Below are positions 7,734 through 15,808 of a stretch of 57,967 bases of DNA, one piece after another (within the stretch, counting starts at the first letter, position 1; every line of letters starts with the position of its first letter). Below the pieces are notes generated by a model. That model was not told the origin of the DNA, did not search any database, and saw only the letters and a list, made by a program, of their open reading frames with translations. The stretch is from a virus (taxonomy: Duplodnaviria > Caudoviricetes). A program made the translations under genes and the position numbers. Location of the stretch: positions 1-57,967 of the IMG/VR virus record IMGVR_UViG_3300030101_003566. One strand, 5' to 3'.

Positions 7734-7817
7734 ATGTTTTTTCATTGGGACTTATCGTCCTACCTCGAAAAGGGCGAAATGCCCATCTTTTTAGCCCCAT
7801 TTATGGGGCTTTTTTTT
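7734..7817 (+). ncRNA. Candidate trans-acting antisense small RNA (or attenuator leader)
   Basis: Promoter, three hairpins (GGAC/GTCC, GGGC/GCCC, AGCCCCAT/ATGGGGCT plus U-tract); single-stranded arms complementary to CGAGGTA and CAATGAAAA. Confidence 0.55.
7793..7817 (+). terminator. Rho-independent terminator
   Basis: AGCCCCA-TTTA-TGGGGCT followed by T7. Confidence 0.8.
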
Positions 7818-7824
7818 GAAATAA

Positions 7825-8241
7825 TTGAATAAAATGTTAATAAATGAGAAAAAATTGTGGTTAATCATCAACCAGATACAAAAAATACATAAAAATTGGC
7901 TAGTTTTTAGGTTAGAAAGTCGCACTATCAATGGCATTCCGGACGTTTTTTGTTGTTGTAATGGCGTTGTTTTTTGGCTCGAATTGAAATCGTCAAACGC
8001 TAATAAAAAAGGCATTTCTAAATTTCAGTATAATTGGCATTATGATTATTTTGTTAGTGGTGGCATTTCATTTATTCTTAATTACCATGACACGCAGTCC
8101 ACGCTCGAACTTCTAGCGATTCATGAGCCACGCACCATGCATCAGGTTTTGTCAATCACCATGAGCCGTGATCCGAGCAAGAAAGATCTTGAAAAAAGCA
8201 TCAATCATATCATTAACCATATTATCAAATTATATTCTTGA
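7825..8241 (+). CDS. VRR-NUC-like PD-(D/E)XK nuclease / resolvase
   Basis: NEKKLW...RLESRTINGIPDV...FWLELK...QYNWH...GGISFIL. Confidence 0.75.
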   Translation: MNKMLINEKKLWLIINQIQKIHKNWLVFRLESRTINGIPDVFCCCNGVVFWLELKSSNANKKGISKFQYNWHYDYFVSGGISFILNYHDTQSTLELLAIHEPRTMHQVLSITMSRDPSKKDLEKSINHIINHIIKLYS

Positions 8242-8267
8242 CCATAATCATATAACCATAATCATAT
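8241..8267. repeat. Tandem ACCATAATCATAT(A) x2, related to the array at 10187-10270
   Basis: Direct reading. Confidence 0.7.
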
Positions 8268-8357
8268 TATCGATCAAAATACCTGATACCAGACTATTAA
8301 AAAATATTTTTAAGTGCCTTAAATTGCAAATAAGGAAGTCTTTTTTTGGCAAAATGT

Positions 8358-8391
8358 AAAAAAAACGCCGATTAATTAAAATCGGCGTTTT
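8358..8391 (-). terminator. Rho-independent terminator (possibly bidirectional)
   Basis: AAAACGCCGATT-AATTAA-AATCGGCGTTTT with an A8 run on the left, between convergent genes. Confidence 0.75.
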
Positions 8392-8418
8392 CGAGGTAAC
8401 CTGAGAGATCTTATTTAA

Positions 8419-8544
8419 TTAATCAGAATATCTACCGGTACGATTTTCAAGATCCTTCATATCCTGGTGATGTAATATTATGATTAGGCCGATACCGGCA
8501 AACATCAATCCCAGGCAAAACCCTATTATAAATGTCATCATCAT
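8419..8544 (-). CDS. Small single-TM membrane protein (41 aa, not in ORF track)
   Basis: MMMTFIIGFCLGLMFAGIGLIIILHHQDMKDLENRTGRYSD; GGAGGTA SD. Confidence 0.65.
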   Translation of the reverse strand: MMMTFIIGFCLGLMFAGIGLIIILHHQDMKDLENRTGRYSD

Positions 8545-8548
8545 TGTT

Positions 8549-8761
8549 TTACCTCCCTAAAATATAACGATCAGTTTGTTTTTGTAATGCTTTTTTAAAT
8601 AACGGCAGTGCTTCCTCATATGTATAATCAAAATACCTTTGATGAAATAAAACATTGTCTTGAATCGTGGCATATATGGTAAATGAGCCGTCAGGGTGTT
8701 TTTCAACACCCCCATGTATATCGGCATAACTTCCATTGATTCCTATAATATCGTTTTTCAT
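8549..8761 (-). CDS. Hypothetical protein
   Basis: 70 aa; GAGGTG SD. Confidence 0.7.
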   Translation of the reverse strand: MKNDIIGINGSYADIHGGVEKHPDGSFTIYATIQDNVLFHQRYFDYTYEEALPLFKKALQKQTDRYILGR

Positions 8762-8988
8762 TATAATTCACCTCTCTTAAATTTTGCATAATCGCTGTTT
8801 TCTCGCTCGTTTATTTTTGCTTGTATTTTCAAATCATTAAAGTAATTTTGAATATCAATATAAGCAGTCTCATACCAGTTAACCTTCTCAATCATTTCAA
8901 ATAACTGCGCCGGAATACCATATTCTTGGGGGCGGTCTTTAAAAAAATTGTGTATCATTGCTTTTTGTTTTTTGTTTAGTTTTCTCAT
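8761..8988 (-). CDS. Hypothetical protein
   Basis: 75 aa; GAGGTG SD; MRKLNKKQK start. Confidence 0.7.
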   Translation of the reverse strand: MRKLNKKQKAMIHNFFKDRPQEYGIPAQLFEMIEKVNWYETAYIDIQNYFNDLKIQAKINERENSDYAKFKRGEL

Positions 8989-9019
8989 TGTTACACCTCA
9001 TTATTAATTAAAATCTATA

Positions 9020-9093
9020 TAAATATATCATTTATATACAATAAGTCAAGATAAATTATTTAGCTTGTAAATATATCATTTATATGTTAACTT
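9020..9093. promoter_or_regulatory. Divergent promoters with an 18-bp direct repeat (operator-like)
   Basis: TAAATATATCATTTATAT at 9020 and 9068; TTGACT (-) at 9049 and TTGTAA-17-TAACTT (+) from 9065. Confidence 0.6.
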
Positions 9094-9127
9094 TATATGG
9101 ATTTCAACATAAAACGAGGTAAACACA

Positions 9128-9283
9128 ATGAAAACATTTAAATATAGAGTTACTTGGATATCATGTTTTAAATATCCTGATATATTTCTTGTCAACACAT
9201 TAGAAGAAGTGAATCATTTAAAATATCATGGTAGAGAACAACAATATTTAGTAGAAGTAGAAGAAGGGAGCTTTACATTATGA
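9128..9283 (+). CDS. Small hypothetical protein (51 aa, not in ORF track)
   Basis: CGAGGT SD; MKTFKYRVTWISCFKYPDIF... Confidence 0.65.
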   Translation: MKTFKYRVTWISCFKYPDIFLVNTLEEVNHLKYHGREQQYLVEVEEGSFTL

Positions 9284-9447
9284 GTAAAATTACATTAGAA
9301 CAAGTTATAAAAGCCCATAGAGTATTGGGAGATTTTTTACATCAAGAACAATCTAATTATCATGAGAAAGTTAAAGAAATATTATGGGAATATATTTCTA
9401 AAAATGATGAAGAAGAAATATTTAAACGTATAGCGGAGATAAAGTAA
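9280..9447 (+). CDS. Small hypothetical protein (55 aa, not in ORF track)
   Basis: ATGA coupling and GGGAG SD; MSKITLEQVIKAHRVLGDF... Confidence 0.6.
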   Translation: MSKITLEQVIKAHRVLGDFLHQEQSNYHEKVKEILWEYISKNDEEEIFKRIAEIK

Positions 9448-9487
9448 TGAATAAAATTATAAATACGATAATGCAATTAAAAAATAA

Positions 9488-9543
9488 CCAGGAGTTTTTC
9501 CAGGCTCTTCCAGGCTCTTCCAGGCTCTTCCTGGCTTTACCGG
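9488..9543. repeat. 10-bp tandem repeat CCAGGCTCTT giving phased CCWGG sites
   Basis: CCWGG at 9488, 9500, 9510, 9520 and 9530. Confidence 0.9.
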
Positions 9544-9574
9544 AATTTATATATAAAATAATATAAAGTATTTC

Positions 9575-9602
9575 TTGTATATATAAAGGAAAGTACTATA
9601 AT
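9575..9602 (+). promoter_or_regulatory. Sigma70-like early promoter
   Basis: TTGTAT-16-TATAAT, AT-rich upstream, CGAGGTG SD downstream. Confidence 0.65.
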
Positions 9603-9630
9603 AGAGGTGTAAGTTAAATTAATAAACGAG

Positions 9631-10149
9631 GTGAAAACAATGAAATATAATTATAAGGCAGTAGATTTTGATTCAGGCGTACAAGTAGATAATTATCCAT
9701 GGGGCTTTAAATTAAGAACTAGTGTTCGCTATTGGATTGAGACTAATAAAAAAGGTAATAGATTCATTAAGCAAACTTTAAACCCAAAAACAGATAAATG
9801 GTGCAAGCCTAAAATGTCCACTTATTCAAATGTTATGGTCATGACAATAGAAGAAAAAGACAATAAAACTTTTGTATCTTATGAGGGTATTAGTAATTAT
9901 TCATCTATTGAAGAAGTTTGTCTATTTGAAAATACACATAAAGATAATCTTAATAATTTACAACTTAAGCAAATATGTAAATTGAAAGCTTATCATGCTG
10001 TGATGGAAAATGTAGAGGTTAGCGTTAAAGCTGTTACTACTGAAAAAGAAATAAAAGAATCAAATAAAAAACGAGATGAAGCACTAAATACAATAACCAA
10101 TACAGCCAATAAACTTTATAATCAATGTTTGATTAAAAACAATTTATAA
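9631..10149 (+). CDS. Conserved phage early hypothetical protein (start likely ATG 9640)
   Basis: VDNYPWGFKLRTSVRYWIE...QTLNPKTDKWCKPKMSTY; own promoter and terminator. Confidence 0.8.
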   Translation: MKTMKYNYKAVDFDSGVQVDNYPWGFKLRTSVRYWIETNKKGNRFIKQTLNPKTDKWCKPKMSTYSNVMVMTIEEKDNKTFVSYEGISNYSSIEEVCLFENTHKDNLNNLQLKQICKLKAYHAVMENVEVSVKAVTTEKEIKESNKKRDEALNTITNTANKLYNQCLIKNNL

Positions 10150-10157
10150 TTTTAATC

Positions 10158-10183
10158 AGGGGCTAGAAATAGCCCCTTTTTTT
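10158..10183 (+). terminator. Rho-independent terminator
   Basis: AGGGGCTA-GAAA-TAGCCCCT followed by a T-run. Confidence 0.9.
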
Positions 10184-10186
10184 AAT

Positions 10187-10270
10187 CATAACCATAACCA
10201 TAACCATAACCATAACCATAACCACATACACATAATCATATACACATAATCATATACACATAATCATATA
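10187..10270. repeat. Tandem arrays (CATAAC)x6 and (CACATAATCATATA)x3
   Basis: 10187-10222 and 10229-10270. Confidence 0.9.
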
Positions 10271-10297
10271 ATCATTAATATTGATGGATCAGATCTT

Positions 10298-10370
10298 GAA
10301 AAACGGATCCGTTTTTCCTGGTTTTCCTGGCTCTAGTTACCACCAGGAGCCACCAGGAGCCACCAGGAGA
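10298..10370. repeat. 20-bp perfect palindrome followed by a second CCWGG array
   Basis: GAAAAACGGATCCGTTTTTC 10298-10317; CCTGG at 10317 and 10326; (CACCAGGAGC) about x3 with CCAGG at 10343, 10353 and 10363. Confidence 0.9.
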
Positions 10371-10400
10371 AATTATATAAAAAATGATATAAATTATTTC

Positions 10401-10428
10401 TTGCATATATAAATGATTCTAGTATACT
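10401..10428 (+). promoter_or_regulatory. Sigma70-like early promoter, paralogous to the one at 9575
   Basis: TTGCAT-16-TATACT; shared GTAAGTTAAAT-AATAAACGAGGT leader. Confidence 0.7.
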
Positions 10429-10463
10429 TAAAGAGTAAGTTAAATAAATAAACGAGGTAAACA

Positions 10464-10790
10464 ATGACAGACAAAAAAATTACAAACGAGGATATAGCAA
10501 AAAAAGCGTTTAACATAAACAAGCAAATAAAAAAGCTAAAAGAAAATAGTCAGGATATAAAAAAACTATTCAAGCTACAAGAAAAATTAAGTGCTGTAGG
10601 TGAAGACTTAAAAAGTAGAGCAAGGGAAGAAGATACAAAGCTAAACTTTCCTAACCTTGACATTCAAATTTCAAGGTCTAAAGATGACCTAGTAAAATTT
10701 GATGTTAATTCTTTTAAGTCCAAGCATCAAAAACTATATAATAAATTTCTAGTACCTAAACCAACTGTGTATAGTTTTTTAATTAAATAG
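10464..10790 (+). CDS. Coiled-coil early protein with a YqaJ-C-terminus-like motif
   Basis: KFDVNSFKSKHQKLYNKFL; monocistronic unit. Confidence 0.7.
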   Translation: MTDKKITNEDIAKKAFNINKQIKKLKENSQDIKKLFKLQEKLSAVGEDLKSRAREEDTKLNFPNLDIQISRSKDDLVKFDVNSFKSKHQKLYNKFLVPKPTVYSFLIK

Positions 10791-10808
10791 CTAACAACGC
10801 TAAAACTT

Positions 10809-10834
10809 AACGCCCAGCAATGGGCGTTTTTTTT
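10809..10834 (+). terminator. Rho-independent terminator
   Basis: AACGCCCA-GCAA-TGGGCGTT followed by a T-run. Confidence 0.9.
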
Positions 10835-10997
10835 GTGTGCAATTTAGAAGGCTCAATAATCAATCCTAAATACTTTTAAAATATAAAATAAAAAATCAGA
10901 TGCGAAAAACCCAAAACATTTATATACACACATAAAACCCAGTTGCTCACACGTAGTATGGTGGAAAAAATTCTAGTAATCACTATAATGGAGGCTC

Positions 10998-12473
10998 ATG
11001 AAGACAGAACTGATGACCACAGAACAAATGAGGCTCGAAGTCGAAAGACTTTGGATCAAGCACATTAAACTTTGTCAAGACGATTTTTTATATTTTGTGC
11101 AAGAAGTCTGGCCCGATTTTGTTTGTAGAAAAGCCAAAAATCCAGAAGATTGGGGACATCATCAGATTATTGCCAAAGAATTTACCGATATAGCTGACCA
11201 AAGAAAAGGGAGGCTCATTATCAATATGCCCCCTAGACATACCAAATCAGAGTTTGCTTCTGTTTACTACCCCGCATGGATTATTGGTAAGTATCCAAAA
11301 TTAAAAATTATGCAGGTGTCGCACAACACCGAACTGGCAGCAAGGTTCGGAGCTAAGGTTCGTAACATTATTGATTCAGCAGAGTACAAACAAATCTTTG
11401 GTGACGTAAAACTGCGTGAGGACTCCAAAGCTAAAGGTAGGTGGGAAACCAATCAAGGTGGTGAATATTATGCGGCGGGTGTTGGAGCATCGATCACTGG
11501 TCGTGGTGCGGATTTACTGATTATTGACGACCCACACACGGAACAAGATTCTATGTCCGACAGTGCCATGGAACGTGCTTATGATTGGTATACTTCTGGA
11601 CCCAGACAGCGTTTACAACCTGGAGGCTCGATTCTAGTAGTTATGACCCGTTGGGCCGAGGACGATTTAACAGGCAGACTTTTGAAGGCTCAAACGGAAC
11701 CCAAAGCAGATACATGGAAACAAGTATCTTTTCCAGCGATTCTCGACTCAGGGAACCCAGTGTGGCCAGAGTATTGGGAACTAGATGAATTAGAAAAAAT
11801 CAAAGCATCGATACCGATTCGTAACTGGTCAGCACAATACATGCAAAACCCTACTTCAGAAGAAGGTGCGATTCTTAAACGAGAATGGTGGCAACCTTGG
11901 GAGGGCGGTGGTATTCCAAACTTGATGCACGTCATTCAAAGCTATGATACAGCGTTTTCTAAAAAAGAAACGGCAGACTATTCTGCGATCACCACTTGGG
12001 GTGTATTTTTCCCAGAAGAGGGTGGGGCACCGAATATTATGTTACTCGATGCAATTAAAGGTAAGTTTGATTTTCCAGAACTAAAAGCCGTGGCCTTGGA
12101 GGCTAATAAATATTGGGAACCCGAAACGATTATTATCGAACAAAAAGCCAGTGGTGAACCACTCACTCAAGAATTTAGACGTATGGGTATACCAGTGGTG
12201 CCGTTTACGCCAACCAGGGGAAATGACAAACATACCAGAGTAAACAGTTGTGCACCTGTTTTTGAAAGTGGTGCGGTGTGGTATCCAGCTGGAGAGAAGT
12301 TTGCCGAGGATGTGATTGATGAATGTGCCGCTTTCCCAAACGGAGCGTATGACGATTATGTCGATTCTACCACTCAAGCAATACTACGATACAGACAAGG
12401 CAACTTTGTTGAGTTATACTCAGACTATGTGGATGACGAAGAACCAGTCTTTAAAGAATATAATTACTACTAG
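10998..12473 (+). CDS. terL: Terminase large subunit
   Basis: LIINMPPRHTKS Walker A, LLIIDDPH Walker B, MTRW motif, nuclease QSYDTA and YDDYVDSTTQA. Confidence 0.97.
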   Translation: MKTELMTTEQMRLEVERLWIKHIKLCQDDFLYFVQEVWPDFVCRKAKNPEDWGHHQIIAKEFTDIADQRKGRLIINMPPRHTKSEFASVYYPAWIIGKYPKLKIMQVSHNTELAARFGAKVRNIIDSAEYKQIFGDVKLREDSKAKGRWETNQGGEYYAAGVGASITGRGADLLIIDDPHTEQDSMSDSAMERAYDWYTSGPRQRLQPGGSILVVMTRWAEDDLTGRLLKAQTEPKADTWKQVSFPAILDSGNPVWPEYWELDELEKIKASIPIRNWSAQYMQNPTSEEGAILKREWWQPWEGGGIPNLMHVIQSYDTAFSKKETADYSAITTWGVFFPEEGGAPNIMLLDAIKGKFDFPELKAVALEANKYWEPETIIIEQKASGEPLTQEFRRMGIPVVPFTPTRGNDKHTRVNSCAPVFESGAVWYPAGEKFAEDVIDECAAFPNGAYDDYVDSTTQAILRYRQGNFVELYSDYVDDEEPVFKEYNYY

Positions 12474-12485
12474 GGTATGTAAATT

Positions 12486-14879
12486 ATGGCAGAAAAATTA
12501 TTAAGTCCTGAAGAACAGGACGCTATCACTAAAAACGTTGGCGAAGTTACAGCTGATAATATGCAAGAAGTAGAGGCTCCAGAGGTTGAGATAGAAGCAG
12601 ACCCTGATGCCATGCCCATGGATCAAGGACCAGAGATGACCGAAGAACAAAGTGCGGCCATCGACTTTTATCAAAATTTAGCAGAAACCATGGATGAGCG
12701 AGTCTTACAAAGATTAGCCATGGAACTGATAGCCGATTACAAAAAAGACAAAGAAAGCCGTTCAGACTGGGAGAAGTCATATACTTCAGGTTTAGATCTG
12801 CTCGGTTTTAAATACGACAGCGAGTCTCGACCCTTTGAAGGAGCTAGTAGTGTCACGCACCCATTGTTAGCCGAAGCGGTCACTCAGTTTCAAAGTCAAG
12901 CCTACAAAGAATTGCTACCTAGCGATGGACCAGTGCGAACTCAGGTGGTGGGTGAAATAAACGAAGCTAAGGAGAAACAAGCGGAACGAGTCAAAGAATT
13001 CATGAACTACATGATTATGGACAAAATGGAGGAGTATACGCCAGAGTTTGACCAATTATTATTTTATTTACCACTTGCTGGTAGTGCTTTTAAGAAAGTT
13101 TACTACGATGAAATGGTAGAACGAGCAGTCAGTAAGTTTGTACCTGCCGAAGATTTGGTGGTGCCGTACTATGCTACTGATTTAACCGACTGTGAACGTA
13201 TTACGCATGTGTTAAAAATGTCAGAAAACGATATTTTGAAAAAACAAAGAGCTGGTTTTTACCGTGATATAGATATTTTGCCGTCTAGACAAGACAACAG
13301 CGACGTGCAAGACAAGTACGACGAATTACAAGGCATGAGTCGTAGCGATCAAGCCGATTATCAGTTCAACATTTTAGAAATGCACGTTGATTTAGACCTC
13401 GATGAGTACGAAATGGACAATGAGGAAAAAAATATCAAGGTGCCGTTTGTCGTAACTATCGATGAAGGGTCCATGGAAGTGTTATCCATCTACAGAAACT
13501 TTGATATGAAGGATGAAAAACAGCGAAAAAGGCAATATTTTGTGCATTATAAGTTTTTACCTGGACTTGGTTTCTATGGTTTTGGCTTAATTCACATGAT
13601 TGGTGGCTTAGGCAAGACAGCGACCGCTGCTTTACGTCAATTACTAGACGCAGGTACGCTTTCCAACCTACCAGCTGGATTTAAAAGTCGTGGTTTGCGT
13701 ATTCGTGACGATGATCAGCCATTTCAACCTGGTGAATTCAGAGATGTGGATGCTCCTGGGGGAAATATTAAAGATCAATTTCAAATTTTACCGTTCAAAG
13801 AGCCATCTGGCACATTATTTCAGCTTTTAGGCTTCGTGGTCCAAGCTGGACAGAGATTTGCAGCAATAGCCGACATGCAAGTAGGCAATGACACGCAAAA
13901 TCGTAACGTGGGCACCACAGTTGCTCTCATGGAACGTGGCTCACGGGTCATGAGTGCGATACACAAGCGTTGTTACTATGCGATGCGACAAGAATTTAGG
14001 TTATTGGCCAATGTTTTTGCAACTTATTTACCACCGATGTATCCGTACGCAGTATATGGCGGTAATCGTCTTATAAAAGTGATGGACTTTTCACCAGAGG
14101 TAGACGTAATTCCAGTTGCTGACCCAAATATATTTTCAATGGCACAAAGAGTGACTTTAGCACAGACACAATTGCAAATTGCACAGTCAAATCCGCAAAT
14201 GCACAATATTCACGAGGCGTATCGTCGTGTTTATGAGGCTTTGGGCACTAAAAATATTGATGCTATATTAAAACCAAAGCCACAGAAAACACCGAAAGAC
14301 CCAGCTATTGAAAATATGGAAGCGTTACAAGGTAAAATGCCAACTGCTTTTGCCACTCAAAACCATGATGCTCACATTCTATCGCATACGGCATTTATGC
14401 GTACTCGTATGGTACAGATTAATCCACCGGTGTACGCTATGTTACAGGCTCATGTCAGTGAACATATAAGTTTAAAAGCAAGGGCTCAAGTATTAGAAAT
14501 GGTCAACTCAAAGAACCCAGACAATGTTTTGGCTCTACAACAAGAGCGACCAGAGCAGTTTATGATAATTTTAGAATCTATGGTAGCTGATCGTATCCAA
14601 GAGTTGACCGAAGAGCTGGTTACAGCTGAGTCGGGCTTGGTGCCAAAAGACCCATTGGTGGCACTAAAACAACAAGAACTTGATTTACGAGCCATGGATA
14701 TGCAACGTCGTAGCGAAGAGTTTAATCAAGAGGAACAACGTAAAACCGCTGAGTTTTACGAGCGTATGAATTTAGAGCAAATGGAGCGTGATGACTCAAA
14801 TGCTCAAGCTAAAGAGCGTATTCGAGTAGCCGATGCCAAATTAGACATCGCTTCTAAAAAAGTTACAGGAGGTAAGTGA
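12486..14879 (+). CDS. Portal protein
   Basis: 797 aa directly after terL; HPLLAEAVTQFQ, YLPLAGSAFKKVY, LRQLLDAGTLSNLPAGFK. Confidence 0.9.
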   Translation: MAEKLLSPEEQDAITKNVGEVTADNMQEVEAPEVEIEADPDAMPMDQGPEMTEEQSAAIDFYQNLAETMDERVLQRLAMELIADYKKDKESRSDWEKSYTSGLDLLGFKYDSESRPFEGASSVTHPLLAEAVTQFQSQAYKELLPSDGPVRTQVVGEINEAKEKQAERVKEFMNYMIMDKMEEYTPEFDQLLFYLPLAGSAFKKVYYDEMVERAVSKFVPAEDLVVPYYATDLTDCERITHVLKMSENDILKKQRAGFYRDIDILPSRQDNSDVQDKYDELQGMSRSDQADYQFNILEMHVDLDLDEYEMDNEEKNIKVPFVVTIDEGSMEVLSIYRNFDMKDEKQRKRQYFVHYKFLPGLGFYGFGLIHMIGGLGKTATAALRQLLDAGTLSNLPAGFKSRGLRIRDDDQPFQPGEFRDVDAPGGNIKDQFQILPFKEPSGTLFQLLGFVVQAGQRFAAIADMQVGNDTQNRNVGTTVALMERGSRVMSAIHKRCYYAMRQEFRLLANVFATYLPPMYPYAVYGGNRLIKVMDFSPEVDVIPVADPNIFSMAQRVTLAQTQLQIAQSNPQMHNIHEAYRRVYEALGTKNIDAILKPKPQKTPKDPAIENMEALQGKMPTAFATQNHDAHILSHTAFMRTRMVQINPPVYAMLQAHVSEHISLKARAQVLEMVNSKNPDNVLALQQERPEQFMIILESMVADRIQELTEELVTAESGLVPKDPLVALKQQELDLRAMDMQRRSEEFNQEEQRKTAEFYERMNLEQMERDDSNAQAKERIRVADAKLDIASKKVTGGK

Positions 14880-15037
14880 TGAAAAAGTTAACGAAAACAG
14901 TGCCACCTAAACGAGGCCCTAACCCACAAGGTTTAAAAAATGGTGGTTGCCCTCATCGTGAAAACGGTGCAAAATCTGACATTCAAGGTATCAAAGATAT
15001 TCAAGTAAAAGGTAAAAAATTTATAGGAGTAAAGTAA
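14879..15037 (+). CDS. Small basic protein (52 aa, not in ORF track)
   Basis: MKKLTKTVPPKRGPNPQGLKNGGCPHR...VKGKKFIGVK; GGAGG SD. Confidence 0.7.
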   Translation: MKKLTKTVPPKRGPNPQGLKNGGCPHRENGAKSDIQGIKDIQVKGKKFIGVK

Positions 15038-15177
15038 TGCGATATTTATTGTTATTTATATGTTTTTGTTTTCCAACCCTTGCGTTAGCACATCATGAAC
15101 TTGTCAGTAATAATTTAAATTTATTAGTTTTAACAATATTTTTATTATATTTAAGTTTTAAATTAGGTCTAAAATAA
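15037..15177 (+). CDS. Small hydrophobic protein (46 aa, not in ORF track)
   Basis: TAATG coupling on both sides; two hydrophobic segments. Confidence 0.55.
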   Translation: MRYLLLFICFCFPTLALAHHELVSNNLNLLVLTIFLLYLSFKLGLK

Positions 15178-15368
15178 TGTATGACATTGATACTATTTTA
15201 GCCATGCAACAACTTGTAAAAAAAGAAATTGACAATACCAAGGAACATATAGTATATAACGTTAAAGATTTAGAAAATTTAGCTTTTGCTAAAGGTAAAC
15301 TCAACGGCTTAGAGCTGTTGCTTCAGGATTTAAAAGACCTGCAAAAAGGAGATAGTGAAATTGAGTGA
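15177..15368 (+). CDS. Hypothetical protein
   Basis: 63 aa, between portal and groES. Confidence 0.75.
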   Translation: MYDIDTILAMQQLVKKEIDNTKEHIVYNVKDLENLAFAKGKLNGLELLLQDLKDLQKGDSEIE

Positions 15369-15798
15369 GTTAATAAAACCAGATTATCTGGAAAACGAAA
15401 CCACATCAGACGAAGAAAACGAAGTTCTTGTACCTAAAGGACCAGAGCAGACCGCAGAATACTTATCTATGATACCAGACCCAGTTGGCTACCGTATGCT
15501 GATAAGACCTTATTCTGGTCCTAAAAAAACCAAAGGCGGTATTGCCTTAGCCGATAAAACTTTAGAAACCATTGAGATGACTACAGTTGTAGGTTTAGTA
15601 GTTAAAATGGGTGATCTTTGTTACAAAGACCATGTAAAATTTCCAACAGGACCTTGGTGTCGATTAGGCCAGTTTATTATTTATGGCAGATATTCTGGGG
15701 CAAGATTTAAAACTAAGTTTGGTGAGCATCGTATAATTAATGACGATGAAATCATTGGCACGATTGAAAAACCCGAGGATGTCCTCGCACTATTTTAG
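15355..15798 (+). CDS. groES: Co-chaperonin GroES (Cpn10) family protein
   Basis: PVGYRMLIRP...KTKGGIAL...GLVVKMG...YGRYSG...IINDDEIIG. Confidence 0.9.
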   Translation: MKLSELIKPDYLENETTSDEENEVLVPKGPEQTAEYLSMIPDPVGYRMLIRPYSGPKKTKGGIALADKTLETIEMTTVVGLVVKMGDLCYKDHVKFPTGPWCRLGQFIIYGRYSGARFKTKFGEHRIINDDEIIGTIEKPEDVLALF

Positions 15799-15808
15799 GA
15801 GATAAAAT

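Noticed and set aside
15355-15798. GroES without GroEL as a novelty
   Set aside because: Stand-alone co-chaperonins are common in marine phage head modules
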